Assembly (NCBI GenBank): GCA_951406725.2
Contig: OX597824.1
Span: 40,486,001 to 40,550,000, forward strand
Source of the DNA: Octopus vulgaris
Lineage: Eukaryota
Reading direction: 5' to 3'
DNA length: 64,000 nucleotides
Numbering within the stretch: the stretch's first letter is position 1; each line of letters opens with the position of its first letter. The notes beneath the pieces were generated by a model. The model saw only the letters and a list, made by a program, of their open reading frames with translations, was not told where the DNA came from and ran no database searches. Made by a program: the position numbers and the translations under genes. Of the stretch, positions 25,159 to 38,440 are shown piece after piece.

Positions 25159-27495
25159 TATTATTATTATTATTACTACTACTACTATAGAGTGAGAGAG
25201 CAGCACATGCCATCAAAGTGACACTGGGCTACAAATATGCAAATCCCAATATACCCATCATGGCTACCCATCTGATAAGGGTACACCATGCAAATGCATC
25301 ACAACCATATGTGCACAACATGCTGTTGGGGGCCCTGTTAGAATTTTCTTCAGGCCATGTAAGCTCAGTCTTGCAGGATTTAGTTTTGTCTATTTAGTGT
25401 ATTTCTAAGTTCAAACACTGCTGAGATTTATCTTAAATTTGTTATCTTTGGCCCCTCTAGTCATATAGGAAAGCCAAATAATTTTCACACACTCACACAC
25501 ACCTTGAACATTTTGGGACAGCAACATGCCAAAGTTAGAAATCGCTTTGTTTTTATTGAATATTTATTTCCTCAATATTTGAAATGCAAAACACTATGAA
25601 TTAATGATTTTCTTATTTTTATTTATTTATTTTATGTATTTAATAAATTATATTATTTAATATTAAGTCCCACTGTGTGGCACTTCTACTATAATATCCT
25701 GAGGTATTCCTAAGCCTTGTGAATGGGTTTCATTGGAGGAAGCTAAAAGAATCCCAGTGTGTGTGCATGCATGCATGTGAGTGACTGTGTGTTTGTGGCA
25801 CCCTGTCTTTGCATTACAGTGAAAGATCTCTGGCTGAGGAGAAATATTACCTTGATTGGGAAAAGGTGCAGGTTGATGGCAGGGAGAGCAGCTGGCCTTA
25901 AAAAATATGCCTCAGCAAATTCCATCTGACTCATTCATACATGGAAAAGCATACATTATAAAGATGATGATCAATAAATAATAGACAGTATAAAATGAAA
26001 GGTCTTGTCTAAGGACCTGGAATGGTCCCATGTGGAGTGGTAGTGAAAGGGTTACAGGAGTCGTTAAAAAAAAATGGATAAAAAGTAATATTTATAGTAA
26101 TGAGTATCTGGTAAAGTTCATCCCGTAGTATACTTACCGTTGTGGACACAAATATTTTTTCACCAATATTTTCCAACCCTCTCGGTCTTGGATTTTCTTT
26201 TTAGTAACCCAAATCCAGAACAATTTGGTATTGAATTAAATATTTTGGTCTAGATTCCATTCAATTGTTTCATCAAATTTATTAATTACTTACCATTTTA
26301 ATTAATTGTCATACCATTTAAAAAATATGTTTTTATAAATCTAAATAATATTTAATCTGCAATATTTCAGAATTACTAATTTAATGTTTTAATTTTTTTG
26401 ATTTTTTGATTTTCTTTGCTCAAATGCATGTTAACATGTATGAATGCCTTGAATATTAAACTCTTTCTTTTTCTTTTTATCTTTGTATAAAATTTATTAA
26501 TTCATTTTATAAAATGTCATCTGTTTTAACTGACTGCTTTGAATTTTCAATATAATTTTAAAATAACAACAAAACAATTTTGCGGGGCAGAGGTTGGGGT
26601 TTGTCTCATGCAAAATATATAAACGTATTTTTGATGTTGTAATAATTGTTGTCACTATAATTATTGTTATTGTTTTCATACTCACCTTCCTCCAAAAAAC
26701 ACCTAACTAACCCCTAACTTACCCCTGAATCTCTACAAAAGTGATGACCACATTTTATTAATGTCAACATAATATTGTGTATATAAAAAGGATGATTTCG
26801 TAGAGAACAGAAATTTACAAATTAATATATTAACATAGAATATGGCTGTGAAGTATTACAAAATATAAACATAGAAATCATGTACACTTGAAATTTAAAC
26901 AAAATATATTTTTGATAATTTGATATCTCTGTCTTAATAAATAAATTCTCAAACAGTACAAAAACTGAAAGGCTTTTATGTGTAAATTTATTTATTAGTA
27001 ATTTCAATCATATATATAGTTATTAGTGTAATACATAAAACATCATTTATTACAATATATGTAACATAATATGTATTAAGTAATGAAACATATAGACAGG
27101 ATTGCTTAAAAGTTATGGCATCATTAGATATGTATATACTAAATGGTAGCATTACCTATGGGCTATGCTCTACAATACAATATATATATATATATATATA
27201 GATAGATAGATATATAGGCAGATAGGTTTAGATCATGTGATAGTAGTAATCTATAATAAGAAAGAATTCCAGATTACAAAGGATAAAGAAGATATAGATG
27301 TGTGTGTGTGTGGATGTATCTATGTATATATGGATACATATGTGTACATATAACATATGCATTCATATATATTTATATATATATATATATAGATAGATAT
27401 ATATAAACTATACAACATGTATAAATATATTATGTATAGTTTGTATAGTTTATATAATATGTAGTATATTATATAACATGTTTTATATATATATA

Positions 27496-27941
27496 CTAGC
27501 AATACAGCCCAGCGTTGCTCGGGTTTACTTTTTAGCTGTGCTTAAAACGGCATACTTTGATGTTGCATTAACAAAGTTTTGACATAATTTCAATCTTGTT
27601 TGAAAAGTAAAAATTTTGCATTATGTAGCTTGTTATTCTCTTTGTGTGAACATTTTTCTGGTTGAAATACACCACAAAATAGTGACACAGCAGTCAAAAA
27701 ATCATTAAAAAATGGGGATTTTCATAGAAAAAAAAGCACCTTTTCAATGTAAATAAATTTTGGTCTTAACATGGTCCAATTTGAATTTTTTTCTTCTACG
27801 TAATGAAGAGCAAGCCTTCTTCTATCATACTCTCAATTTTGGTCAACTTGCACCACAGGGTCTCGGAGGAGATAGTGTTAGTTGAAGGCTACCAAACCTG
27901 CCATACACACACACACAACTTCAGCTTTATATATATATAGA
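27496..27941 (-). mobile_element. Non-autonomous Helitron
   Basis: Minus strand begins a|TCtatatatat..aaagctgaag and ends with subterminal hairpin cccgagcaacgctggg followed by ...gCTAG|t; inserted between A and T with no TSD. Confidence 0.75.
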
Positions 27942-30018
27942 TTATAGTATAGTATAAATATTATAAAATCCATGTGCACTTTGTAAAATAGGTTGTTAAT
28001 TTTTTGCAGATAAAAGTTCATTAGCTTTCTATGAAAGAGCTACTGAAGTTTAGTTGGGAGGTAAATATTCAGATAATACAAATATCTTATCATTATTATA
28101 ACAGAATTTTATTTTCTAAAAAAAAACATGGTGAAGGGTTTATTGGTAAGGTTTTCATTAAAGCTTAACTTTGTGTGTGTGTGTTTTTTTTTTTTTTGTT
28201 CACTCCTCCCTCACAACCTTTCTGCGTTAACAATTACTAAAATAACAATAATTATAATCCTCATTAAACTCAGCTTGTTCAAAGAATACATTAGTATGTG
28301 TCTTGGTGTCCTGATGTTTCTAATAAAACTTTACTTGTTTGCGTATGTTCTCCAATAAATTCTGCTGTGTTATCCTTATTTTTTTAGTTTCTGGATAGTA
28401 GTTTGGTTCCTACTATACTTAGTAGTATTACTAGTTATGATATACAAAGTAAATGCAGGAGAATTTATGCTAAACACAAGCCTAGATCATTTGTTTCCTA
28501 CATATGTTTCACTATTGTGGTTGTTGGGAACATCTGCATTGGATGTTCCTTGTGCAATCAGATGCTTAACCACAACAGATCATCAAGGGAGCACTTTATT
28601 GCTTGATATAAATTTGCGTTTACCATAGTTCCTCCTGTATTTAATCTAATATTAGACATTGATAGAAAGCACATGGAAATAATTCATTTTATATAAATGT
28701 ATCTTTTATTCCCTTACTATAGCTAACAGGTGAAGAAATTGACAAAAATAAATCAATAAGTATCAATCATTTGAGATAGGTATTTGACACCTTTCACTTA
28801 AGGCAGTGAATTGGAAGTCTTTAGAACATTTGATAGAATGTTTTACAGTATTCATTTTGATTCACTGCACTCTGAGTTCAATTTCCACCAGGATTAGCTT
28901 TGCCTGTCATCCTTTCGGTGCCAATAAAAATGTATCCATCTAAGGTGGTAGGATTTGTAAGAATATCAGACCAAATGCATTGTAGTATTTGTTCAGATTT
29001 TTTGTCATGAGTTCAAATCCTGCTATGAGCTAGACAGACTTACCAGACTTAATGGGTGATAGACTTAATCCATTACTTAATTTAGCACTATCACCCGGCA
29101 CCTTGGGTCACTTTAGCAGAGTTCTGTTTAGTGCAAGCATTCAGGATAGCTCTCCAATTTTAGAATACTTTCTTCTTTTCCTCCTTCCCACCAATTTCAG
29201 GGGCCCTTAAATGATCATGGATGTTGTATTCCATTCTAACTAACACACAAAAAATTAAAGTTTATAAAGAGGAAAGAATTGTTTTATCCTACAATACCCT
29301 ACAAAATACAACCTAATTTAAAGAGGACCTACAAATGAACTCTAATATTATTGCCAGTAATATATGTTACACAAAAATCCAAAGACTCAGTCTTCAGTGG
29401 TACAACAGTGCTAATAATAAAAACGGTAATCAGAGGAATATAGCTGTAAATTGTCAGAGAAACTGATTCTACAATCTGGTTCCAGTTACCATTTGGAACT
29501 GAAGCATTTAATTTACTAATGCATGATAGAAAAGGCATGAATGTTACTACATCTTTGAGATTTTTTTAGGTGGGGGTGGTCATAGTTTGACAAGCTTCAA
29601 ACCTACTTCAGAATTTGTTATTTCAGAGAATGTTTGCTTTACCAGTTTTGTGATTTTTGTTGTGGTTGTTGCCACAGTTGTCAGCATCATTGTTGCTGCT
29701 GTTGCCTTTTGTTGTTACAGCATTTTTAAAAAGCATTTTTCTTTTTTTTGTTGTTGTTGTTGTTGTTGTTTTTGCTACAGTTTTATTTTGTGGTTGGTCA
29801 AGGTTTCCCTCCCTTCCTCCCTTCTTTTTCAACCTCTCACCATCACCACCACCTCCCTCCTTCTCACTCAGCTTCTTTTAGCTCATGCACTTTTTTCAAT
29901 AACACCTTTCACCTGTTGTCTTGTGAGCAAAAAAAAAATGCTGGCACCAAAATTCTGTTTCCAAGAATCACAATGCTGTGATCCAACTGCTTTCAGGTTC
30001 AAGGCTGTAAATTAACAG

Positions 30019-30063
30019 GAAAATCTTCTCCTTTCAACCATAGAATATTTCAAAGCTTTCTTG
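30019..30063 (+). CDS. PLEKHD1: Candidate 45 nt symmetric exon of the PLEKHD1-like gene (R KSSPFNHRIFQSFL)
   Basis: cag acceptor (weak pyrimidine tract), strong donor gtaagt at 30064; phase 1/1. QSF falls where I recall SQSFM after RRRSS in vertebrate PLEKHD1. Confidence 0.5.
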
Positions 30064-30807
30064 GTAAGTTTTCTGTGGTTCCAGTTCATTAATCCACTTT
30101 CTCTGCTCATCATTGTAATCATTGTAATCCCCCATCATTCTTGCCACCTATATTATCATCACCAATATCATTATCATTAATAGCATTGTCATCAATATCA
30201 CCATCACCACCACTGCTACCATCATCAATGTCATCATCATTATCAATATCATTGCCATCATCATTATTATTATCTACATTATCATCTGTTTTGTGTGTCA
30301 TCATTAAAAAGTAGCAGTGACACAAAGAAAGAAAAATAAAGTATATTCACCAAGTTTATATCATTTAATTCCATTGCTCCGGATTCAAATTTCATCACCA
30401 GTTGCTGACTTACATGCTTCTCTGTATCAATATGGGCAAGAACTAGACATGAACTGGTACTAATTAAATTGATTGTGCCCCTCTTTTGCAACATTTGTGG
30501 TCTTGTTCCAGTCTATGCTGTCATATTCATTTGTTTACTTTGTTTATTTTTCCCTGTTGGCATGGGTTAGATAACTATATTATTTGGACATTGTTTTACA
30601 GCCAGATGCCCATTCTGACACTAGTAACCCATACCCTGCTTTTCAAGTAAGGGATTTCACATGTTTTTGCTAATGTTTAGTGTGCAGATGATTTGTTGGT
30701 GGAAGAAGTGATAGCAACACCCATAGAGAGTAACTTTCATAGTGCACAAATGTAAACAAACAGACTCATCCTCAAGCACACACAAAAAAGGCTTCTTTCA
30801 GTTTCTT

Positions 30808-31038
30808 ATTTCCTTATTGCCCACAGGGGACTAAACATAGAGGGGACATGCAAGGACAGACAAATGGATTAAGTTGATTACATTGACCCCAGTGTGTAAC
30901 TGGTACTTAATTTATCAACCCCAAAAGGATGAAAGGCAAAGTCAACCTCGGCAGAATTTGAACTCGGAATGCAATGGTAGATGAAATACCGCTAAGCATT
31001 TCGCCTGGCGTGCTAACGTTTCTGCCAGCTCGCCGCCT
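30808..31038 (-). mobile_element. SINE family A, full-length, inserted in a family B copy
   Basis: Reverse complement closely matches 58979-59213. Confidence 0.85.
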
Positions 31039-34000
31039 TAGGTGAACAGAAACTGAAAGGCTTCTTTCAGTTTCTGTTCACCAAATTCACTCATAAGATT
31101 TCAATGAACTTGGAGCTATAGTAGAAGACACTTGCCCATGGTGCCATGCAGCAAAACTGAACCTGAAACTATGTAGTTGAAAAACGAACTTCAGGCAAGC
31201 TCCAGAATCCCAAACACATCAAACAAAATGCCATGCAATATTTTCTCAAATCCCACTGAAGCTAACTTTGCATTTCATCCTTCCATAATCACTAAAATTA
31301 ATGAAATACTAGGGTCAGTCTGATTTGCTATTCTTTCCTTTCAAATTTTTGGCCTTGTATCTTTGTAAGAAATAATTATTATCATCAGCAGCATCAACAG
31401 CCTGCAACATTGTTATTGCTATTATTTTTTTTTTTTACTCCTATTAGTTCTGTGGGTTGTCTAGGTCTGCAAACTTCTCATTTTCCTTCTTTGTTAAATC
31501 CTTTTCTGTCCAATTCGTGCATTTTTACCAGGTTGCCATTTTGGACCTTCCTTGGATCACTTCTCTGTTTCCTTTCTATATGACCGCTATTGCAAGATTG
31601 GCATCATTTGATTACCACCAACCACATTACCTGCTATAAAATAAGTTATCACATGATCCTCCACAATACAACACCTGTCACATGACTATAATCATATGAT
31701 TACATTCATGATCTCCACACGAACATGATATTACTAACCCCAGATGGCCTAAACATCCAACCTAGTACTATGTGACCAGCCTATATAATCCAGTACCTCA
31801 CAGCCTATAATGTATCCCATCATCCATCACATATCACATCTCTTCCATTATCACCCTGTGACATTTCATCCATTCCCTTACCATATAAGCATCTTTTCCA
31901 CTAACTCTTCAATCTCCCAACCTCACTGTTTATTGGCAGCTTTCTCAAACAATACCAAACTTATCCATTTTTTTTATCAGTAATATCATATATATGCTTG
32001 TAACTCAGTTTGTGACCTCATTCTTCTATGGGAGTGAAAAGCAAAGAAATTTAGTAAATAAATCTCTCAAAAGAAAATATCGCGATATAGTATCAATTTC
32101 TTGGTTCATGGTTGTATTATATCTCAAATTAACTTCAAATTTCTTTTTCAGCAAGACTAAATATGTTTTCAGGTATAGAGTTAATTCATTCACATGTTGT
32201 GTGATGTCTTACATTATTTTCATCACTTGTTCCTTGTCAAAGTCACACCATTATCTGCCTGACAAATTGCAGCTCCCTAAGTTGTTTCAAAACCTTAATT
32301 CATATGCAGTATGGTGCTATATTTAAAGTTCTTTAGTTCTAAGTGCTAGTTAGTTAAAGGGAACATGATATGCTAGTGACATTTAGAAATTGATCTTGCT
32401 TGATATGAAGAAAGGGAGTAGGTCAGAACATGATATTGTAAACACAGGAGCAAGCACTAGTTGCATAAAGAAGCAGTGGAACCATTATCAGTCTGACAGA
32501 GAAAACCAGGAATCCAGATGTGATAGAGGTACATCAGTAATTAGTAGGAGGAGGAGCACCCAAGAAATAAAATTTATGAACTGTTAAGATAGCTGGTTAA
32601 TTAGGTAATTATTAGTTTCTGCTATCTAGGGCTGTATTTCTAATGGGTGGAGTGGGACTATGACTTGTGAGGATTGAAAATGGGATGGACAAATGATTGT
32701 GTTTAATTAGATGAAGATTACTTTGAACTCCTTAATTTATCCAATATCATGGTGAAGGAAATAGAATTATATGGATGCCAACTCTATTTTGTCTCTTCAT
32801 TAATTGTAAGAAGCAGGTAAAAAAAATTCTCAAATATTGGATACAGGTATCTAGTATTCACCAATTTAAAAGCCACTAAAAGCATGATGGAAATAGTGGA
32901 AAAAGTACAATAAGAAAAGGAAGTTATTATAACCTTTGTTGGTGCCATCTGGAATTCAAGCTATATAAAACATGTAAAGAGTTCAGTGGTACCTGGAAGT
33001 TAGATTTGGGTATTCAAAGGAACCTGTAGTTCAACCTGTTAGAATTAGCAGCCAACCCTCCCATAAAGTACACCCTAACATATTACAAAAGAGAAGTAAT
33101 ATCAGATAATGTAGTCTCAGATATTTAAAATGATGGCAGGATTACAGCTAGAATGCCTTTATCTCAGTCAGTGCAGGTCCTGGGTTAAACAACAATAATC
33201 ACTAAAGTACACTTGCAGAATGTCAAGTCAAGTATTGTCCATTGGATCTATATTGTTGTTTTTCATAGGTGACATATGAAGGGTTCACAAGGACATGAAG
33301 CAAATAGCTAATAAGTACTGGTTAAAAAGGGGAAATGTGCTGACATCAGAAAGTACCCTTGGCAGAGATAAACTAAGGAAGATCTGCTATAGTCAAATCT
33401 TAGAAAGTTTGAGTCAAATGGAGAAGGAAGATGAAGAAATGTAATGAATGGCATTACGCTGTACGACTGACTTCTTTATCTAAGCAGGCATAGAAAACTT
33501 AATCTTGAAAATACTGAATGAAGCATTCTCTGATGAGAGGACTTAATCAGAAAATGAGCCAACACTGCAGGGAAAAAACAACTATGTTGGCAATTTTGCT
33601 TTTTCCATGTGAAAAGTTTACAAGATGTATTTCAATAGACATTGAAGTTAAATAGTTTATGGCTTTTATGGTTAGGACAAAAATGTAAAAAAAATTTTAA
33701 AAAAACTTTAGCCTTTTAACAATACATATAGTAACTAGTAAATTGAAAGGTGGATTAAACCAAATATTCCTTTTTGTTAGTGCTATCTGAGTGACTCTAG
33801 AAATTGCTTGATTTTCATTAATATTTTTATGTGTAAATGTTCTCATATTAGAACTAAGTTATAACAAATGGTGTAACACCTTCTCTCTTCTTCAAGTCAA
33901 TCCATACATGATCTACAAAAATTAATAAAGAGCCCTTGCCTTTACAATCATCGTCAGTAAATTGAAATTACTTAACAACTAACATCCGCCAAAGAGTTCT

Positions 34001-34724
34001 TTATTTACATGCATGAACATATTGCATGGAATGCATCACCATTGCATTTGGAAAGCCATTTCAGTTGAATGCAAACCTTGTTAAATTCTAACAATATACT
34101 CTAATCATACATGGCCATGCAACATCTTTGATCAAGAATACACTGTACTACCATTGCTCAATCTACCAAGAAATAGCAACCAAATTTCCCTCATCTTATC
34201 ATTAGTAGTTGAAATATCTATATGGACGCCGTTTGAACTGCTAGAAATAACAGCCAAATCTTTCTCAAATCCTTCCTTCATAAAGATAAAAGACACATTG
34301 CATAATGTAATCTGAGAGACACTATGTCTAAAATAACAAACAAGATGATCATGGCTGAAATGCTTTTATTCATAAGTTTATAGAATGAGGACTAGCCTGT
34401 GGCTAAACAACTACATGTCTATGCTTTAAGGACACTATGAATTGAAATCTAGTCCAAACAATACCAATAATAGCAGCATACATTTAGAAATATTACATAA
34501 AGAATATAAACTAACAACGAGGTCTAAACAGGATCACTTCTCTCTGATAGAAATAGTAGTCAAATCTCATTGATATATAGATGTATGTATGGTTAAGTAG
34601 CTTGCTTTGCAACTACATGATTCCAGGTTCAATCTCACTGCATAGAAGCTTGAACAAGTGTCTTTTGCCATAATCTCAGATTACCCAATACTCTGTGAGT
34701 GGAATTTGGTAAACAGAAATCCAT

Positions 34725-34762
<38 letters not shown>

Positions 34763-34798
34763 TGTATAAAGCAGAAAATCTGTAGAATCAATAATGTT

Positions 34799-34848
<50 letters not shown>

Positions 34849-34933
34849 TTCGAGACAAAAACACTATTTTGCAAAACAAACAAGGAAAGACTTAATCAAT
34901 ACATAAAAATTTTTAATATAAAGAAATAAACCG

Positions 34934-34976
34934 CCACTACAATCGTTTCATGTCTTCAATGACATTCGTCAGGTGG
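34934..34976 (-). ncRNA. Minimal type I hammerhead ribozyme (minus-strand copy)
   Basis: Reverse complement of 35044-35086. Confidence 0.75.
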
Positions 34977-35043
34977 ATTTTCGATCTCCTAATCTGTTTT
35001 AATTTATGACTTCATAAATTAAAACAGATTAGAGATCGAAAAT

Positions 35044-35086
35044 CCACCTGACGAATGTCATTGAAGACATGAAACGATTGTAGTGG
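35044..35086 (+). ncRNA. Minimal type I hammerhead ribozyme
   Basis: ccac-CTGACGA-atgtc attgaa gacat-GAAA-cgattg-TA-gtgg: intact core, paired stems I and II, short stem III, GUA cleavage triplet ending at 35082. Confidence 0.78.
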
Positions 35087-35263
35087 CAGTTTATTTCTTT
35101 ATATTAAAAATTTTTATGTATTGATTAAGTCTTTCCTTGTTTGTTTTGCAAAATAGTGGTTTTGTCTCGAATTAATATTATATAATATTTTACTATAAAA
35201 TTGGATTTAATCCTAAATCTGATTTTTTTCCCTGTAAATTTGGATTTATTCCCTAATATTTAT

Positions 35264-35302
<39 letters not shown>

Positions 35303-36429
35303 CAACAGGTTTCCACACAGTTTCTAATTTCCAAATTCACTCACAGGCATTGGTCAAACTGAGACTATAACAGAAGACACTTCTCCAAAGCACCATGCTG
35401 TGGGACTGAACCCGAAACCTCTTTGTTGCAAAGTGAGCTTCTTAACCAAGCAGCCATACCTGCATCCGCCAAAGAAACTTCATTTTCCTTCCTTTCTCTC
35501 CATTAATTTTTAAAACTCCCCATAGTGGAATCTTTACCAAAATGGAATTACAGAGGATGAAGAATACATTTACCATAGTACTGGAATTTTTTCATTTATT
35601 TATTTGAATTTTTTGTGTTTCTTAATGTTTTTTTTTTAAATCTATTTTTTCTCTTCTGTTTTTTTTTTTTTTAATTTTAATTTCTTAATTTTAGGATTCA
35701 GCAAACTCTTAACTGTTGTTTATTTATTTTTATATTTTTTATAAATTAAACTGAATATTGCTATCAGCTTATTTGTTGGAACCAATTGTCTTTTGTTTCA
35801 CACTTTGCATTTTTTTAATTTCTGTTTATTTATTTATTTTCCATTTTTTTAAATGCTTTATTTTTGTAACTTTATTGTTTTATAGTTTTCATTTTATATC
35901 TGTGAGTATATGTATATATATATATATATGTATAAATATATATATATATATCTTTATATATATATATACACATACACACACACATACACACAAAAGAAAA
36001 TGTATTCTTTGATCACTTATTACCCAATTAATTAATTGCTCAATAATTATATTGTAACCATTACATTTCAATTTTTTTTTCATATCTATCTTAATTATTC
36101 TTATAACTCTGTTCTTATTGCATTCTCATCACACTTGCAAATTCTTTCCTATGCAACCATATTGACATTTTTCTTCAAACATTTTTCCTATTTAATTCAT
36201 CATTGAGCTTAACAATTAAATTTACATTAAGCCATATTAAAACTGTTGTTAAATATCATATTTTGATAACTCTTATAATATTAAATTATTTTAATTTTTT
36301 AAAATCTTAAATCTAAAACCTTAAATCTAAAATATTTCCTTACATAATTAAAATGAAATCTTCTAAACCTAATTAGTAACAGCAGTTCTGTGAAATACCA
36401 CTAACTGCAGACAAAGATATAATTATACA

Positions 36430-36471
<42 letters not shown>

Positions 36472-37678
36472 CATCATTGTTATTATTATTTAAATCTTTT
36501 GTGAACATTAATGAAAGATATAAAAGCGAATATGTTACACATATTTGTTTTTAAGGAAGATGCACTGCCACAAATAATCCTTGAGAAAGGGAATGAGGTA
36601 TCAAATTAATCCTTTTATTACCAAATTTTTTATTGAAATGTACTGCTTTTGCTTCAAATAATTTTGGAAAATACGAAGAATTTAATAAAATAACTGTCTT
36701 TATTAAACTGGTTTTTGGAACATAAATTAATACGAAGTTTTGATGGAAGGCTTTAATTTAGATCACTTTAAGTATAACTCTTGTCTCATAGAGCTGGTGG
36801 CAGTCTCAAGTAGGTTGGTATCAAAATGGTTAACAAACTTGTACTTATTTGAAATATTAGTCCATCTAATTGAATTTACTGAAAAAAAATTCACTAAAAA
36901 ATGTCACAGAAAAAAGTAACATAGAAACTACTTAAATAAAGTAAATATTCTGTAAACAATGAATCTTGAATGCCAATCCAGTCATAAATCTTAACTATAA
37001 TTGAGAGTCAAAACCTCTTTGGATGGGATAAAAAAAAAAGGCAAGAAGTCACCTGTGGGATTAGAACCACTTTCATTTTGGTTCTATTGTTTGGCATGAC
37101 TATGTGTTTAAGACGATTTTTTCCCAGGCATGTGGTTTCAGGTTCAATCCCACTGTGTGTTACCTTGGGCAAGTGTCTTCTACTATGACCTCAGGTCAAC
37201 CAAAACCTTGTGAGTAAATTTGGTAGACAAAAACTGAAAGAAGTAAATTATGTGTGTGTGTGTGAGTGTGTATGTCTGTGTTTGTGTGTGTGGGGGTAAG
37301 CATATTTGTGTCTCCTCTTAACATCATGTGACAGTTGTACATGAGTGTCACAATCATACCAGCAGTGTCTCTCATGTCCAGTCTTCCATGAAAATATCTT
37401 TGGCCATGAAAAAATATTACCTTACTTAAGAAACAATTGAGAGTTAACAACAGGAGGAGCATCCAGCTGTAGAAAATTTTCCCCAGTGATTTCCATCTAA
37501 CTCATGCAAACATGGAAAAGTGCACATTAAAATCATGGTAAAAATTACATTAAAAATGATTTTTTTTTTGCATAAGTCTGTAATGGCATTATGTAAATAA
37601 TATCATGTACAAACATATTTTCAGTTACTCATCATCATCTTAATGTCCACTTTTCCATGCCTACATGAGTCAGACACA

Positions 37679-37725
<47 letters not shown>

Positions 37726-38261
37726 ATACACACACACACACACATATATATGTGTGTGTGTCTATGTATACTTTTTTTCATATTTATGGATTAACAAGGC
37801 TACCATTAATTTCATGCTGATTGATATCTCAGCAATTATCAAAACCTACCATGTAGGTTCTCCATCTTGAATGAAAACACATGACTGGTTTCTTTTAACT
37901 TATCTTCCAAATCTACTCACAAAGCATTGGTTGGCCCAAAGCTATAATAGAAGACACTTTCCCAAGGTGCTACACTGTGGGATTGAATCCAGAACCATGT
38001 GGGTGGAAAGCATATTTCTTACCACACAGCCATGCCTGCATGTGGCTTTTTTCCTAACCAAAGTTGTAACTTTTTTCTGAGCCAAAATCATGACTTCACC
38101 TTTTGATTTCCCATTCTCTAGAATTCTGGTCATGTACCTTTCTTCAAAGAATCATGTTTTCTACATATTCATGTTATATCTTTTCATATCTGCAGTATAC
38201 ATTCATTCTTCTATATACCTTGTATCTTATTTATTCATTTGTTTTTAATGTTTCTTTACAG

Positions 38262-38440
38262 AAAACCGTCCTAGTTCTTTAGTACTCGATGATGAAGACG
38301 GCAAAACAAGAAACCCGATCCGTCGAGCCAAAACTTCAGTAACGCAATCTTCAAAATACTTAGCTAAAGACACCAATAATTCCGATAACCTCTTACAGCC
38401 TTTAATGAATGATGAATGTGTGCTTTCCGAACGTATGTGA
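38262..38440 (+). CDS. PLEKHD1: Candidate distal terminal exon of the PLEKHD1-like gene (NRPSSLVLDDEDGKTRNPIRRAKTSVTQSSKYLAKDTNNSDNLLQPLMNDECVLSERM*)
   Basis: Strong acceptor tgtttctttacag; phase 1 compatible; open for 58 codons to TGA 38438-38440; CpG-retaining coding-like composition; followed by repeat-poor AT-rich UTR-like DNA (AATAAA at 39205). Confidence 0.7.

Larger units (their letters stand above)
34837..35270. mobile_element. Penelope-like terminal-repeat palindrome inserted in (TA)n
   Basis: Arms of ~173 bp (34837-35009 / 35012-35184), 2 nt loop, about 3 differences; each arm has a hammerhead motif; (TA)n on both flanks. Confidence 0.75.

Noticed and set aside
26133-26235. Minus-strand donor (ggtaagt) after a short open frame (..KKKIQDREGWKILVKNIC..)
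   Set aside because: No clear acceptor or partner exon; it may be a LINE terminal remnant.
29587-30325. Cys-, Thr- or Asp-rich ORFs
   Set aside because: (TTG)n and (ATC)n trinucleotide repeats explain the composition.
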